Source of the DNA: Elusimicrobiales bacterium
GTDB lineage: Bacteria > Elusimicrobiota > Elusimicrobia > Elusimicrobiales > UBA9959
Length of the DNA stretch: 64,000 nucleotides
Assembly: GCA_031082205.1 (NCBI GenBank)
Contig: JAVHLJ010000005.1
Coordinates: forward strand, 10,269-74,268
Direction of reading: 5' to 3'
Both the position numbers and the translations under genes were made by a program. Positions 9,448 through 18,121 of the stretch are shown here, piece by piece. Positions within the stretch are counted from its first letter, which is position 1. Every line of letters begins with the position of its first letter. The notes below the pieces were generated by a model. That model saw nothing but the letters and a program-made list of their open reading frames with translations. It ran no database searches and had not been told where the DNA came from.

Positions 9448-10215
9448 ATGAAAAAAACCCTGGCAGCGCTGTTCGCAGTTTCCTTCGCCGTCCTGTCGGC
9501 GGCCCCCCTGGCCGCCCAGAAAGGCGCGGACCGGGAGGAGAAGCCGGAGGGCGTGATACTGCCCGAGACGGGTCTTATAGACGTCCCGACGGCCGGCATA
9601 CTGGATTACTACGGCTTCCTGATAAAGACCCGCTTCTACAGCGGCGGCGGCGTGCTCGGCTCGCTGAACTTCGGCGTGCTGGAGAGGCTGAACCTCGGCG
9701 CTTCGATGGCGGTGGACAAGCTGGTCGGCTCCGACTCCCCCGTGAGGATGGTTCGCCCCGAGATACAGGTGCGCTACCGCTTCCACGACGGCGATTATTA
9801 TATCCCGGCGCTGGCGCTGGGCTTCGACGGCCAGGGCTATTTCTACCGCAAGGCCCTGAAAAAATACATGCAGAAGGGGCGGGGCCTCTACGTGGTCGGC
9901 TCCAAGGAGTACCTGCTCCCGGGGCTCATGTTCCACGGCGGCCTCAATATCCCCGATTTCGACGACGGCTATATCTTCGGGTTCCTGGCCGCCAGCTACA
10001 CCCTGGGCGACAAGGTCGCTTTCATGGCGGAGTACGACAATGTGTTCCATTCGGACGTCCCCAAGAGGATAAACCTCGGCACCAGGTTCTTCATCACCCC
10101 GTATTTCCACCTGGACGTGGCGATCCGGGATATCGGCGCCAGCGAGGACTTCTCAGACGGCTCCGAGCGCAATCCCGAGCGCGTCGTGCAGATGCGCTAC
10201 ACCACCAGTTTCTGA
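9448..10215 (+). CDS. Secreted putative outer-membrane beta-barrel protein of unknown function
   Basis: Signal peptide MKKTLAALFAVSFAVLSAAPLAAQ, alternating amphipathic strands and a C-terminal ...RYTTSF aromatic terminus typical of OMPs. Confidence 0.55.
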   Translation: MKKTLAALFAVSFAVLSAAPLAAQKGADREEKPEGVILPETGLIDVPTAGILDYYGFLIKTRFYSGGGVLGSLNFGVLERLNLGASMAVDKLVGSDSPVRMVRPEIQVRYRFHDGDYYIPALALGFDGQGYFYRKALKKYMQKGRGLYVVGSKEYLLPGLMFHGGLNIPDFDDGYIFGFLAASYTLGDKVAFMAEYDNVFHSDVPKRINLGTRFFITPYFHLDVAIRDIGASEDFSDGSERNPERVVQMRYTTSF

Positions 10216-10242
10216 GCACATTAAGGCAAGGAGAGATTCACC

Positions 10243-11277
10243 ATGGCTAAAAAGATCGCTATCCTGACCGGCGGCGGGGACTGCCCCGGCCTCAATCCCG
10301 CCATAAAAGGCTGCGTCTGGGCGGCGGAGAAGTTCGGCTTCGAATGCGTCGGCCTGACCGACGGCTGGAAGGGCCTGGTCGAGGGGCTGACCACGCCTCT
10401 GAACAGGGAGATAACGGAGTACATCATCATGAAGGGCGGCACGATGCTGGGCACCTCCCGCACCAACCCGTTCAAGAAGGAAGAGAACGTGAAGAAGTGC
10501 CTGGAGACGTTCAAAAAACTCGACCTGCACGCGCTGGTAGCGATGGGCGGCGAGGACACGCTGGGCGTGGCCACGAAGTTCTACAGGGAGCACAAGCTCA
10601 ACGTGGTGGGCGTTCCCAAGACCATGGACAACGACCTCGACGCCACCGACTACACTTTCGGCTTCGACACTTCCGTTACCAAGGCCATGGAGGCCGCCGA
10701 GTCCCTCATGGACACCGGCCGCAGCCACCGCCGCGTCATGGTGCTCGAGGTGATGGGCCGCCACGCCGGCTGGGTGGCGCTGTTCACCGCCATAGCCTCG
10801 GCCGCCGACTTCGTCTGCATCCCCGAGAAGACGATCGACACCGGAGCCATGCTCAAGAAGATAAAGGAGTCCTACGCGAAGAAGAAGTTCGCGCTGGTGG
10901 TCACCAGCGAAGCCTCGGAACTGCCGGCGGTAGGCGAGGGCGAGCAGAAGCGCGAGCTCGACCAGTTCGGCCACGTGATACTCAAGGACCGCGGCATGGG
11001 CGAGCGCATCGCCGCGTTCATAGAGAAGAACACCGGCTTCGAGACCCGGTCGGCCGTCATAGGCCACATGCAGCGCGGCGGCGCGCCCACCCTGTTCGAC
11101 CGCATGCTGGGCGTGCGCGTCGGGGTCAAGGCCGCGGAGCTGGTGCGCGACGGGCAGTTCGGCCAGATGTCGGCCCTGGTCGGCAACGAGATAATCGGAG
11201 TCCCGCTCGAGAAGGCCACGGGGCGGCTCAAGACCGTCTCGAAGGACTGGGACGGGCTGATGGAAGTTCTCTTTTAA
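10243..11277 (+). CDS. pfp: 6-phosphofructokinase, predicted pyrophosphate-dependent
   Basis: GGGDCPGLN, MGGEDT (Asp at the E. coli Gly104 position) and PKTMDND (Lys at the Gly124 position). AGGAGAG RBS upstream. Confidence 0.85.
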   Translation: MAKKIAILTGGGDCPGLNPAIKGCVWAAEKFGFECVGLTDGWKGLVEGLTTPLNREITEYIIMKGGTMLGTSRTNPFKKEENVKKCLETFKKLDLHALVAMGGEDTLGVATKFYREHKLNVVGVPKTMDNDLDATDYTFGFDTSVTKAMEAAESLMDTGRSHRRVMVLEVMGRHAGWVALFTAIASAADFVCIPEKTIDTGAMLKKIKESYAKKKFALVVTSEASELPAVGEGEQKRELDQFGHVILKDRGMGERIAAFIEKNTGFETRSAVIGHMQRGGAPTLFDRMLGVRVGVKAAELVRDGQFGQMSALVGNEIIGVPLEKATGRLKTVSKDWDGLMEVLF

Positions 11278-11289
11278 GGGGGAGACACT

Positions 11290-11868
11290 ATGGCGGACAA
11301 AGCACAGGCGGCGGCCAAGCCGGCCTTCCAGCGCAAGACGATACTGATAAAAAAAGGCCTGCAGTACCGCTACATGGCGCTCATAACCATGAGCGTCCTG
11401 GTGGCCTTCCTGATAGTCGGCCTGGACCTGATCTGGACTATCTCCAAACTGGTCAACGAGCGGCCTATGATGCAGCCGATGCTGGAGGAGATGGCCTCGA
11501 TGGGGCCGCTGTTCCTGATCAAGATGATCATGTACATGGTGATCGTCCTGATAATGTCGGCCGTCGTTTCCCACCGCATGGCCGGCCCTATCTTCAAGTT
11601 CGAGAAGAGCTGCGCCACGCTGGCCGAGGGCGACCTGACCTACCGGGTCTGGCTGCGCAAGGGCGACCACCTGGAGGACCTCCAGGAACAGTTCAACAAC
11701 ATGGCCGGGGCCCTGCAGCAGTCCGTGAAGGACGGCAAGGCCTCCGTAGCCGGGGTCAAGGCCCGGCTGGAGGCCGCCGCCGCCAGGCCGGAGGCCGGCC
11801 CGCTCAAGGCCGAGCTGGAAGCCGCCGCCGCCGAACTCGGGGGGGTCTTGACCGGTCTCAAGACATGA
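11290..11868 (+). CDS. Membrane protein with a HAMP domain and no output domain
   Basis: Two TM helices followed by a HAMP-like segment (HRMAGPIFKFEKSCATLAEGDLTYRV...LQEQFNNMAGAL) and a short Ala-rich coiled tail. Confidence 0.6.
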   Translation: MADKAQAAAKPAFQRKTILIKKGLQYRYMALITMSVLVAFLIVGLDLIWTISKLVNERPMMQPMLEEMASMGPLFLIKMIMYMVIVLIMSAVVSHRMAGPIFKFEKSCATLAEGDLTYRVWLRKGDHLEDLQEQFNNMAGALQQSVKDGKASVAGVKARLEAAAARPEAGPLKAELEAAAAELGGVLTGLKT

Positions 11869-11871
11869 CGG

Positions 11872-13140
11872 ATGCGTCACACAATCCTCCTTCCCATAGC
11901 CGTACTGCTCGCGGCGGCTCCCGCCGCGGCCGCGCCCCTGGGCGTTGAGCGCTTCGTAGATCTCGCCGTAAAGAACGACACTTCCCTGCTTTCCGCCGAG
12001 CAGGACATCATAATATCCCGGCAGCGCCTGCGCGAGGCCAGGTCGCTCCTTCTTCCGCAGATCTCCTTCTCGGGCTCGCTGTCGCGGCTGAGCCTGGAAT
12101 ACCCCATGGTCACTCCGCCCGAACTGGGCGGGCGTTTCCTGGACGGGGCTTACGGCGACAATACCTACGCGCTGCGCGCCCACGTGGTGCAGCCGGTATA
12201 TACCGGGGGCCGCAACCGCAACGCGGCGCGCATGGCGCGCAACGCCTGGAGCCAGTCGCGGCTGCTGCTGGAGACCGAGCGCCTGGCCGCGGCCCGCAAA
12301 GCCCGGGAGGCCTTCTGCGGAGCGCTTTACAGGAGGGAACTGCTGTCCGCGGCGTCCTCCTATCATCTCAGGTCCCTCGCGCTGGCCGGCCGCGCGGCCG
12401 GCGGCTGGGACGCTCTCGAGGCCGGCGCCGCCGAGGACTGGTTCTCGAGGGAACGGGACAGGGCGGCGCACGCCTACGCCGCCAGCCTGGCGTCCATGTC
12501 GGCGCTCATCAGGAACGAGAACGGCGTCCTGGAGATAGACGGCGAGCTGGCGGCGGAGCCGCCCTCGGGCACGCTGCAGAAAACGATCATCGCCGCCATG
12601 GAGCGGCGTCCGGAGCTGCGCGGCGAGATCTACCGCGCCCAGATGGACGAGATCGCGCTCAACATGGCCGCGCTGCGGCGCTACCCTAACGTCTATATCG
12701 GCGCCGTCTACGACATGGTCGCCTACGACGCGGACTCCTTCTCGAGCATGGAGCGCACGGGCAGCTGGGCGGCCTCCGTCGCCATACATTTCCCGCTCTC
12801 CTACGACTGGTGGACGCAGATAGTGCAGCGCCGGGCCCAGCAGCGCCAGGGCTCGCTCAAGCGCGTAGAGCTGGAGGAGAGCCTGCGCGGCGAACTCCGC
12901 TCGGCCTGGGATGAAGCCTCGTTCCGGCTCAGGGAGGCCGAAGAGGCCCGCGCCGCGCTGGCGGCGGCCGCCGCCGGCTACGACCGCGCGCGGCGCTCCG
13001 CCCCGGCCGAGGCCGGACGCGCCGCCGCCGGCCTGCGGACGCTCTACGATAAGGAACTGGCCCTGCTCGAAAGCCTTTACCTGCAGAAGATGGCCGCCAT
13101 CCGCCTGGCCTGGGCCCAGGGAAAAGGACTGCCAGAGTGA
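11872..13140 (+). CDS. TolC-family outer membrane efflux protein
   Basis: Signal peptide, 422 aa, two-repeat OEP-like helical/beta pattern. Starts 3 nt after the HAMP gene stop. Confidence 0.7.
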   Translation: MRHTILLPIAVLLAAAPAAAAPLGVERFVDLAVKNDTSLLSAEQDIIISRQRLREARSLLLPQISFSGSLSRLSLEYPMVTPPELGGRFLDGAYGDNTYALRAHVVQPVYTGGRNRNAARMARNAWSQSRLLLETERLAAARKAREAFCGALYRRELLSAASSYHLRSLALAGRAAGGWDALEAGAAEDWFSRERDRAAHAYAASLASMSALIRNENGVLEIDGELAAEPPSGTLQKTIIAAMERRPELRGEIYRAQMDEIALNMAALRRYPNVYIGAVYDMVAYDADSFSSMERTGSWAASVAIHFPLSYDWWTQIVQRRAQQRQGSLKRVELEESLRGELRSAWDEASFRLREAEEARAALAAAAAGYDRARRSAPAEAGRAAAGLRTLYDKELALLESLYLQKMAAIRLAWAQGKGLPE

Positions 13141-14111
13141 AGCTCTTCCCGCGCGCCGCGGCCTGCCTGTCCCTGCTGCTCGCCGGGACGCCGTGCTGCG
13201 CCGCGCCGCCCGGCGCCGCCCGGGCCTCGGCGACGCGCGAGGGGTTCGTCCGGGACATGCTCTGGGAGAAGCTCGTCGCCATGCCCGAGGGCGAGAGGCC
13301 GCCGGTAGGGGTGGCTCTCTCCGGCGGCGGCGCCCGCGGCTTCGCCCATACCGGGGTGCTGGAGGCGCTCAATTACGCCGGTTTCCCGATAGACCGCATC
13401 TCCGGCACTTCGATGGGATCGGTCATCGGGGGCTTCTACGCCTCCGGCATGACGATAGACCGGATATGGGACTTCGGGCGGCGCACTTCCGAACTTAAAC
13501 TGGACCGGGACTTCGGCGGGTTCAGCCTCCTCAAGCTGCTGCTCACCGAGCAGCTCATCTCCCCAAAGTACATAACCCAGGTGATAGAGGATAATCTCGG
13601 CGGCAGGGATTTCTCCGGCCTCAAAACCCCTTTCGCCTGCGTGGCGATGGATTTCCGGACGGGCGAGAAGATCGTTTTCTACGAAGGCCCGCTGGCCATA
13701 GCCGTGCGCGCCAGCGTCAACCTTCCAGGGATCTTCGCCCCGGTGGAATACCGCCATCGCTACCTGGTCGACGGCGGCGTCGTGGATTTCATCCCCATAG
13801 ACGCCGCCCGCTCGATCGGAGCGGAGTGGGTGCTGGCCAGCGTCACCGAGAACAGCGTGGACGAGATGCCGTCCAACGTCCTGCTCTCTCTGCTGCAGGT
13901 CATAGACATAAGGGGCTCCATACTGGCGGAGGGGCAGGAGAAAGGGGCCGATTTCGTGGTGAAGCCCCGGGCCGGCGGAATAAAGGTGGCCGACTTCGAG
14001 CGCTGCGCGGAAGCCGGAGAGCTGGGCCGCGCCGCCGCGCGCGAGTCGATGGACGCGGCCAGGAACGCCTACATACTGCGCTCGGCCGGGGCCCTGCTGG
14101 AGAGGATATGA
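13137..14111 (+). CDS. Secreted patatin-like phospholipase
   Basis: SGGGARG oxyanion motif, GTSMG nucleophile elbow and VDGG catalytic Asp motif, with an N-terminal signal peptide. The GTG start overlaps the TolC stop (GTGA). Confidence 0.85.
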   Translation: MKLFPRAAACLSLLLAGTPCCAAPPGAARASATREGFVRDMLWEKLVAMPEGERPPVGVALSGGGARGFAHTGVLEALNYAGFPIDRISGTSMGSVIGGFYASGMTIDRIWDFGRRTSELKLDRDFGGFSLLKLLLTEQLISPKYITQVIEDNLGGRDFSGLKTPFACVAMDFRTGEKIVFYEGPLAIAVRASVNLPGIFAPVEYRHRYLVDGGVVDFIPIDAARSIGAEWVLASVTENSVDEMPSNVLLSLLQVIDIRGSILAEGQEKGADFVVKPRAGGIKVADFERCAEAGELGRAAARESMDAARNAYILRSAGALLERI

Positions 14112-15061
14112 CGGCACGTACCGCGCTCCTCCTGCTGCTACTGGCGGCCTCCCCTTCGGAAGCGTTCTTCTGGAGGAAAAAGGCCGATCCGGCCCATGAG
14201 AAGCTCATGAAGGCGGCCGTCGCGCGGCTTGACGACGGCGACTGCGCGGGGGCCGTGGATTCGATAAATTCCCTGCTGGCCATGGACCCCTCCCGGGAAA
14301 TAAAGGAGAGGGCTTATTACTGCCTGGGCAAATGCCACGAGGCGCTGGGCGCCCCCGACAGGGCCATAAACACCTACCGCCTGGCCGCCGCGCTCTATCC
14401 GGATAACCCGCTTTTTCCGAAGGCGCTCGCCGAACTTTACCTGGCCAACGGCTTTTACGACAAGGCCGCGGATATATACGGGCCCCTGGCCGGGAAAGAC
14501 CCTTCTTCGCAGCAGCTTAACGTCGGCCTGGCCCGCAGTTACGCGGGGCTGGGCGCGTTCAGGGAAGCGGCGGCCTCCTACGCCGCCGCGCGCGCCGCCG
14601 GCGCCGCGGGAGGCGCTTTCCTGGCCGAGTACGCGCGCTGCCTGGAGTCCATGCGGGACTTCAAAGGCGCCGCCGCCCTCCTCAGGGAGGCGCGCGCAGC
14701 GGCTCCTTCGGACGCCGGCCTCGCCAGGGAGATGGCGAGACTGGCGTCCAAGTCCGGCGACCACTACGCCGCGGCCGTCCTGGCGGACGAGGCCTGCGGG
14801 CCCGACTGTCGGGACGGGGAGATCCTTTTCGAGAAAGGAATATACCTGCTGCTGGCGGGCGAAAGGTCCGGCGCGCTGGCCGCGCTGGACGCCGCCGCCG
14901 CGCTGCTGCCCGGTGGGGACCAGGCGCTGGCCCTGGTCCGCGGCCTGGCGCTGAGGGGCCTCGGCCGCCCGGCGGAATCCGCCGCGGCGCTGGAGGCGGC
15001 TTCGGCGGGGGACAGCCCCTTCCTGGCCGGCCTTGCGTCTGCCGCCCGGGGGAAGAAATGA
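14108..15061 (+). CDS. Secreted TPR-repeat protein
   Basis: Start trimmed to the ATG at 14108 (MTARTALLLLLLAASPSEA signal peptide), which overlaps the patatin stop (ATGA). Ala/Leu-rich TPR-like repeats. Confidence 0.65.
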   Translation: MTARTALLLLLLAASPSEAFFWRKKADPAHEKLMKAAVARLDDGDCAGAVDSINSLLAMDPSREIKERAYYCLGKCHEALGAPDRAINTYRLAAALYPDNPLFPKALAELYLANGFYDKAADIYGPLAGKDPSSQQLNVGLARSYAGLGAFREAAASYAAARAAGAAGGAFLAEYARCLESMRDFKGAAALLREARAAAPSDAGLAREMARLASKSGDHYAAAVLADEACGPDCRDGEILFEKGIYLLLAGERSGALAALDAAAALLPGGDQALALVRGLALRGLGRPAESAAALEAASAGDSPFLAGLASAARGKK

Positions 15062-15849
15062 AATTCTGGAAGATGTCCGGCGCTGGCAATGATTTCGTCC
15101 TGCTGAAGGGGCCGCCGCGCGGCGCCGCCGCTCCGGGCCGCCTGGCCCGCCGCCTCTGCGACCGCCGTCTTTCGATAGGCGCCGACGGGCTGCTTTTAGT
15201 GCGCCGCGCCGGCCGCGGCCTGGTCTCCGTCCGCTACTTCAATTCCGACGGTTCCGAGGCTTTCTGCGGCAACGGCTCGCGATGCGCCGCGATGTGGGCC
15301 TTCATGAAAGGCCTCTCTCCCCGCCGGTTCAGGCTCGTGACCGTCCGCGGGGAGCTGCCGGCGGAGATCACCGGCAAAGAACGGGTGCGCATGAGAATGC
15401 CCGACGTGAAGAAAGTCAGCCTGCGGTTCAAGGGCCGCTGGCCGGCCGGCGTTAAAGAGGTCCATTTCCTCGACACCGGCGTGCCGCACGCCGTGGTCCC
15501 GGTGAAGAACATAGACCGGCTGGACGTGCGGGTCCTGGGGCGTTCTCTGCGCCGCCACCCGGCTTTCGGCCGGGCCGGCGCCAACGTGGATTTCGTCGAG
15601 AAGAAAGGCGGGCTGGTCCTGGTACGCACCTACGAGAGGGGCGTGGAGGACGAGACGCTGGCCTGCGGCACCGGCATCACCGCCGCGGCCGTCGCCCTGA
15701 CGCTCTCCGGCTCGTCCGCGCCGCCTGTGAGGCTGCGCTCCCGCGGCGGAGACGATTTTACGGTACGGCTGACGCCGTCCGGGAGAGGCGCCGCCGGAGT
15801 GTCCGTGGAAGGTCCGGCGCGCCTCGTGTTCGCAGGCGAGATAAAATAG
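15058..15849 (+). CDS. dapF: Diaminopimelate epimerase
   Basis: MSGAGNDFVLL, with catalytic Cys motifs FCGNG and ACGTG. ATGA overlap with the upstream gene. Confidence 0.9.
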   Translation: MKFWKMSGAGNDFVLLKGPPRGAAAPGRLARRLCDRRLSIGADGLLLVRRAGRGLVSVRYFNSDGSEAFCGNGSRCAAMWAFMKGLSPRRFRLVTVRGELPAEITGKERVRMRMPDVKKVSLRFKGRWPAGVKEVHFLDTGVPHAVVPVKNIDRLDVRVLGRSLRRHPAFGRAGANVDFVEKKGGLVLVRTYERGVEDETLACGTGITAAAVALTLSGSSAPPVRLRSRGGDDFTVRLTPSGRGAAGVSVEGPARLVFAGEIK

Positions 15850-15857
15850 GAGGAGCC

Positions 15858-16748
15858 ATGCTCAAGCTCGAAGGCTGCTTTACCGCCATAATCACCCCTT
15901 TCAAGGGGGACAGGCCCGACCTGGACGCCCTCAGGCGCGTGGTCCGCTTCCAGATAAAGAACGGCGCCGACGGCCTGGTCCCCTGCGGTTCCACCGGCGA
16001 GGCCGCCACGCTCTCGCCCGAGGAATACCTCGAGGTCATAAAGGCCGTCGTCGAGGAGGCCAAGGGCAGGCTCCCGGTGATGCCCGGGGCGGGAACGAAC
16101 TCCACGGCGAAGTCGGTGGAGATGGTTAAAAAGGTGTCCGCGCTCGGCGTGGACGGACTGCTGGCGATCGTGCCCTACTACAATAAGCCGACCCAGGAAG
16201 GGATGAAGGCCCATTTCGGCGAAATGGCGCGGGCCACGAGGCTGCCGCTGGTCCTCTACAATATCCCCGGGCGTACGGGCGTCAACATGCTGCCGGCCAC
16301 GGCGCTCGCGCTGGCCGGGGAGTTCTCGAATATAGTAGGTATAAAAGAAGCTTCGGGGAACCTGGACCAGGTCAGCGAGATCGTCAACGGCGCGCCCAAG
16401 GGGTTCGCGGTGATGAGCGGCGACGATTCCCTGACGCTGCCGATGATGTCGGTGGGGGCGAAGGGAGCGATCTCGGTGGTGTCGAACATAGCGCCGGCGC
16501 AGGTTTCGCGCATGTGCGGGCTTTTCAGGGAGGGGCGGGCCGATGAGGCCGCGGAGATGCATCACCGTCTTTTCCCGCTGGTGAAGAACCTTTTCGTGGA
16601 GACCAATCCCATACCGGTGAAGTACGCGGTCTCGCTGCTGGGGCTGTGCGGTCCCGAACCCCGGCTGCCGCTGACCCCTTTCCCTCAGAAACTGCGGTCC
16701 GGCCTCAGGGCGGCGATGGTTAAGGCCGGCATAAAGCTTCCGTCCTGA
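15858..16748 (+). CDS. dapA: 4-hydroxy-tetrahydrodipicolinate synthase
   Basis: PCGSTGE, YNIPGRTG and the Schiff-base Lys context GIKEASG. 296 aa. Confidence 0.92.
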   Translation: MLKLEGCFTAIITPFKGDRPDLDALRRVVRFQIKNGADGLVPCGSTGEAATLSPEEYLEVIKAVVEEAKGRLPVMPGAGTNSTAKSVEMVKKVSALGVDGLLAIVPYYNKPTQEGMKAHFGEMARATRLPLVLYNIPGRTGVNMLPATALALAGEFSNIVGIKEASGNLDQVSEIVNGAPKGFAVMSGDDSLTLPMMSVGAKGAISVVSNIAPAQVSRMCGLFREGRADEAAEMHHRLFPLVKNLFVETNPIPVKYAVSLLGLCGPEPRLPLTPFPQKLRSGLRAAMVKAGIKLPS

Positions 16749-16764
16749 CGGTGCGGGGGCGCGC

Positions 16765-18069
16765 TCAGCGGCCGGAGAGGATCTCCCTGCCGGCCTCCAG
16801 GCCTTCCCTTACGCTCTCCTCCATGAAGGAGTATTTCCAGGCCCCGTAGCGGCCGATGGAGCGCGCCCGGCGCTCTTTCAGCCAGCCGGCTATGACCGGC
16901 AGGGCCCTGGCCCTGTCCGCGTCGTATATCACGTAGGCGCAGGGGATCTTCAGCCACATCTTTTCCGTGACCTGCCGGGAGTCCCTTATCAGGCCGCAGG
17001 CGGCCAGGCCTTTGACGCAGGCGCGCTCCGCGGACTCCAGGTCCAGCGGACGGCCGTCGGTGGCTATCTCTATGTAGAACGAGGCCTGCCCGTCCGGGGC
17101 GAGGCGCCGCGAGAAATTGCTGGCTATGCCGGCGCGGTAGAAAGGGAAGGCGGCGCCGGGGAAATAACCCCAGTGCATGTCCGACCTGACGCCCCGGGCC
17201 CCGAGGTTAAGCACGTAGACGGAGTTGCGGCGAAGGCGGGCCGCCGCGCGGCGCACCTCCGCCGGGGCGTCGGCGCACATGGCGACGAATTCGTCGAGCG
17301 GGGCGGTGTTGATCAGCCGCCTGAAGCTTATCTCGCCGAAATGCCTCACCCGCGCCCTGCGCGCGCGCAGGTCCACCCGCTCCACCTCTATGCCGAGATG
17401 CGTTCCGCCGGCCTTCAGCGCCAGCGCCGAGGCCAGCGCGCCGATGCCGCCCCTTCGCGGGTAATGGAAGACGGCGTTATAGCCAATGGAGCTGGCCCCG
17501 GGGCCGTAGGCGCCTTTTATTATGTCCCCGGGCGACGGTACGGGGACGAAGGGCGCGCACCATTCGGTCGTGAGGCGGTCCAGCGGGTACTGCCAGAGCT
17601 TGGCGTTGTACGGGAGCATGAAATGCCGGGAGATCCCGGCGCCGAAGACGCGCCGGCTCCAGTCATCGAAAGTTTCGGAGCCGTCGCCGGGCGCGCCGCC
17701 GCCCGCGGCCAGGGCGCGCAGGAACCCGGCGACGCACTCCGACCTGACGGCCGGAGGCATGGCTGCCAGGTTGGCCTGGAAAGGGTACGGAGTCCACCGC
17801 CCGTGCGCGAAAACGCGGGCGTCGCGCCTCAGCGTCCGGACATTGGCGCCCAGCGCGCCCATTATCAGGCGCGTAGTTTCCGGCCAGCGCAGGTGCAGCA
17901 GGTGGCCGGAATAGTCGAAATGGAAGCCGCCTTTTCGTATGGTCGCGGCCAGGCCGCCGTAGCGCACCTCCCTCTCGGCCAGGAAGGTCTTCTTACGGCC
18001 TTTGAGCGCCATGGCGGCCGAAAGCCCTGCCAGGCCACCGCCTATGATGAGCGCGTCGGTCCTTATCAT
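16765..18069 (-). CDS. FAD-dependent oxidoreductase, UDP-galactopyranose-mutase-like (long, eukaryote-type family resemblance)
   Basis: N-terminal IIGGGLAGL dinucleotide fold. GRWTPYPFQ, TFDDW, LPYNAKLW and YPRRGGIG resemble motifs I recall from long-form UGMs. Function is not proven. Confidence 0.5.
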   Translation of the reverse strand: MIRTDALIIGGGLAGLSAAMALKGRKKTFLAEREVRYGGLAATIRKGGFHFDYSGHLLHLRWPETTRLIMGALGANVRTLRRDARVFAHGRWTPYPFQANLAAMPPAVRSECVAGFLRALAAGGGAPGDGSETFDDWSRRVFGAGISRHFMLPYNAKLWQYPLDRLTTEWCAPFVPVPSPGDIIKGAYGPGASSIGYNAVFHYPRRGGIGALASALALKAGGTHLGIEVERVDLRARRARVRHFGEISFRRLINTAPLDEFVAMCADAPAEVRRAAARLRRNSVYVLNLGARGVRSDMHWGYFPGAAFPFYRAGIASNFSRRLAPDGQASFYIEIATDGRPLDLESAERACVKGLAACGLIRDSRQVTEKMWLKIPCAYVIYDADRARALPVIAGWLKERRARSIGRYGAWKYSFMEESVREGLEAGREILSGR

Positions 18070-18121
18070 CGGAGGGATATTATAGCAACTATCATTTTCA
18101 GGGAGGGCGGCGCCGTATCTT

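Noticed and set aside
10153-12789. 878-aa ORF antisense to the pfk, HAMP and TolC-like genes
   Set aside because: It spans three well-supported plus-strand genes and has no domain signature. It is a high-GC antisense artefact. The same reasoning applies to 3479-5059, 42986-44362, 48074-49588 and 62052-63992, and to the many 60-400-aa shadow ORFs in the track.
13137-14111. Patatin-like phospholipases (also 51871-52800) as effectors of an anti-phage system (CBASS-like)
   Set aside because: No cyclase, CD-NTase, sensor, STAND or other defence genes are adjacent. One copy is secreted and coupled to envelope proteins, and the other to a TauE exporter.
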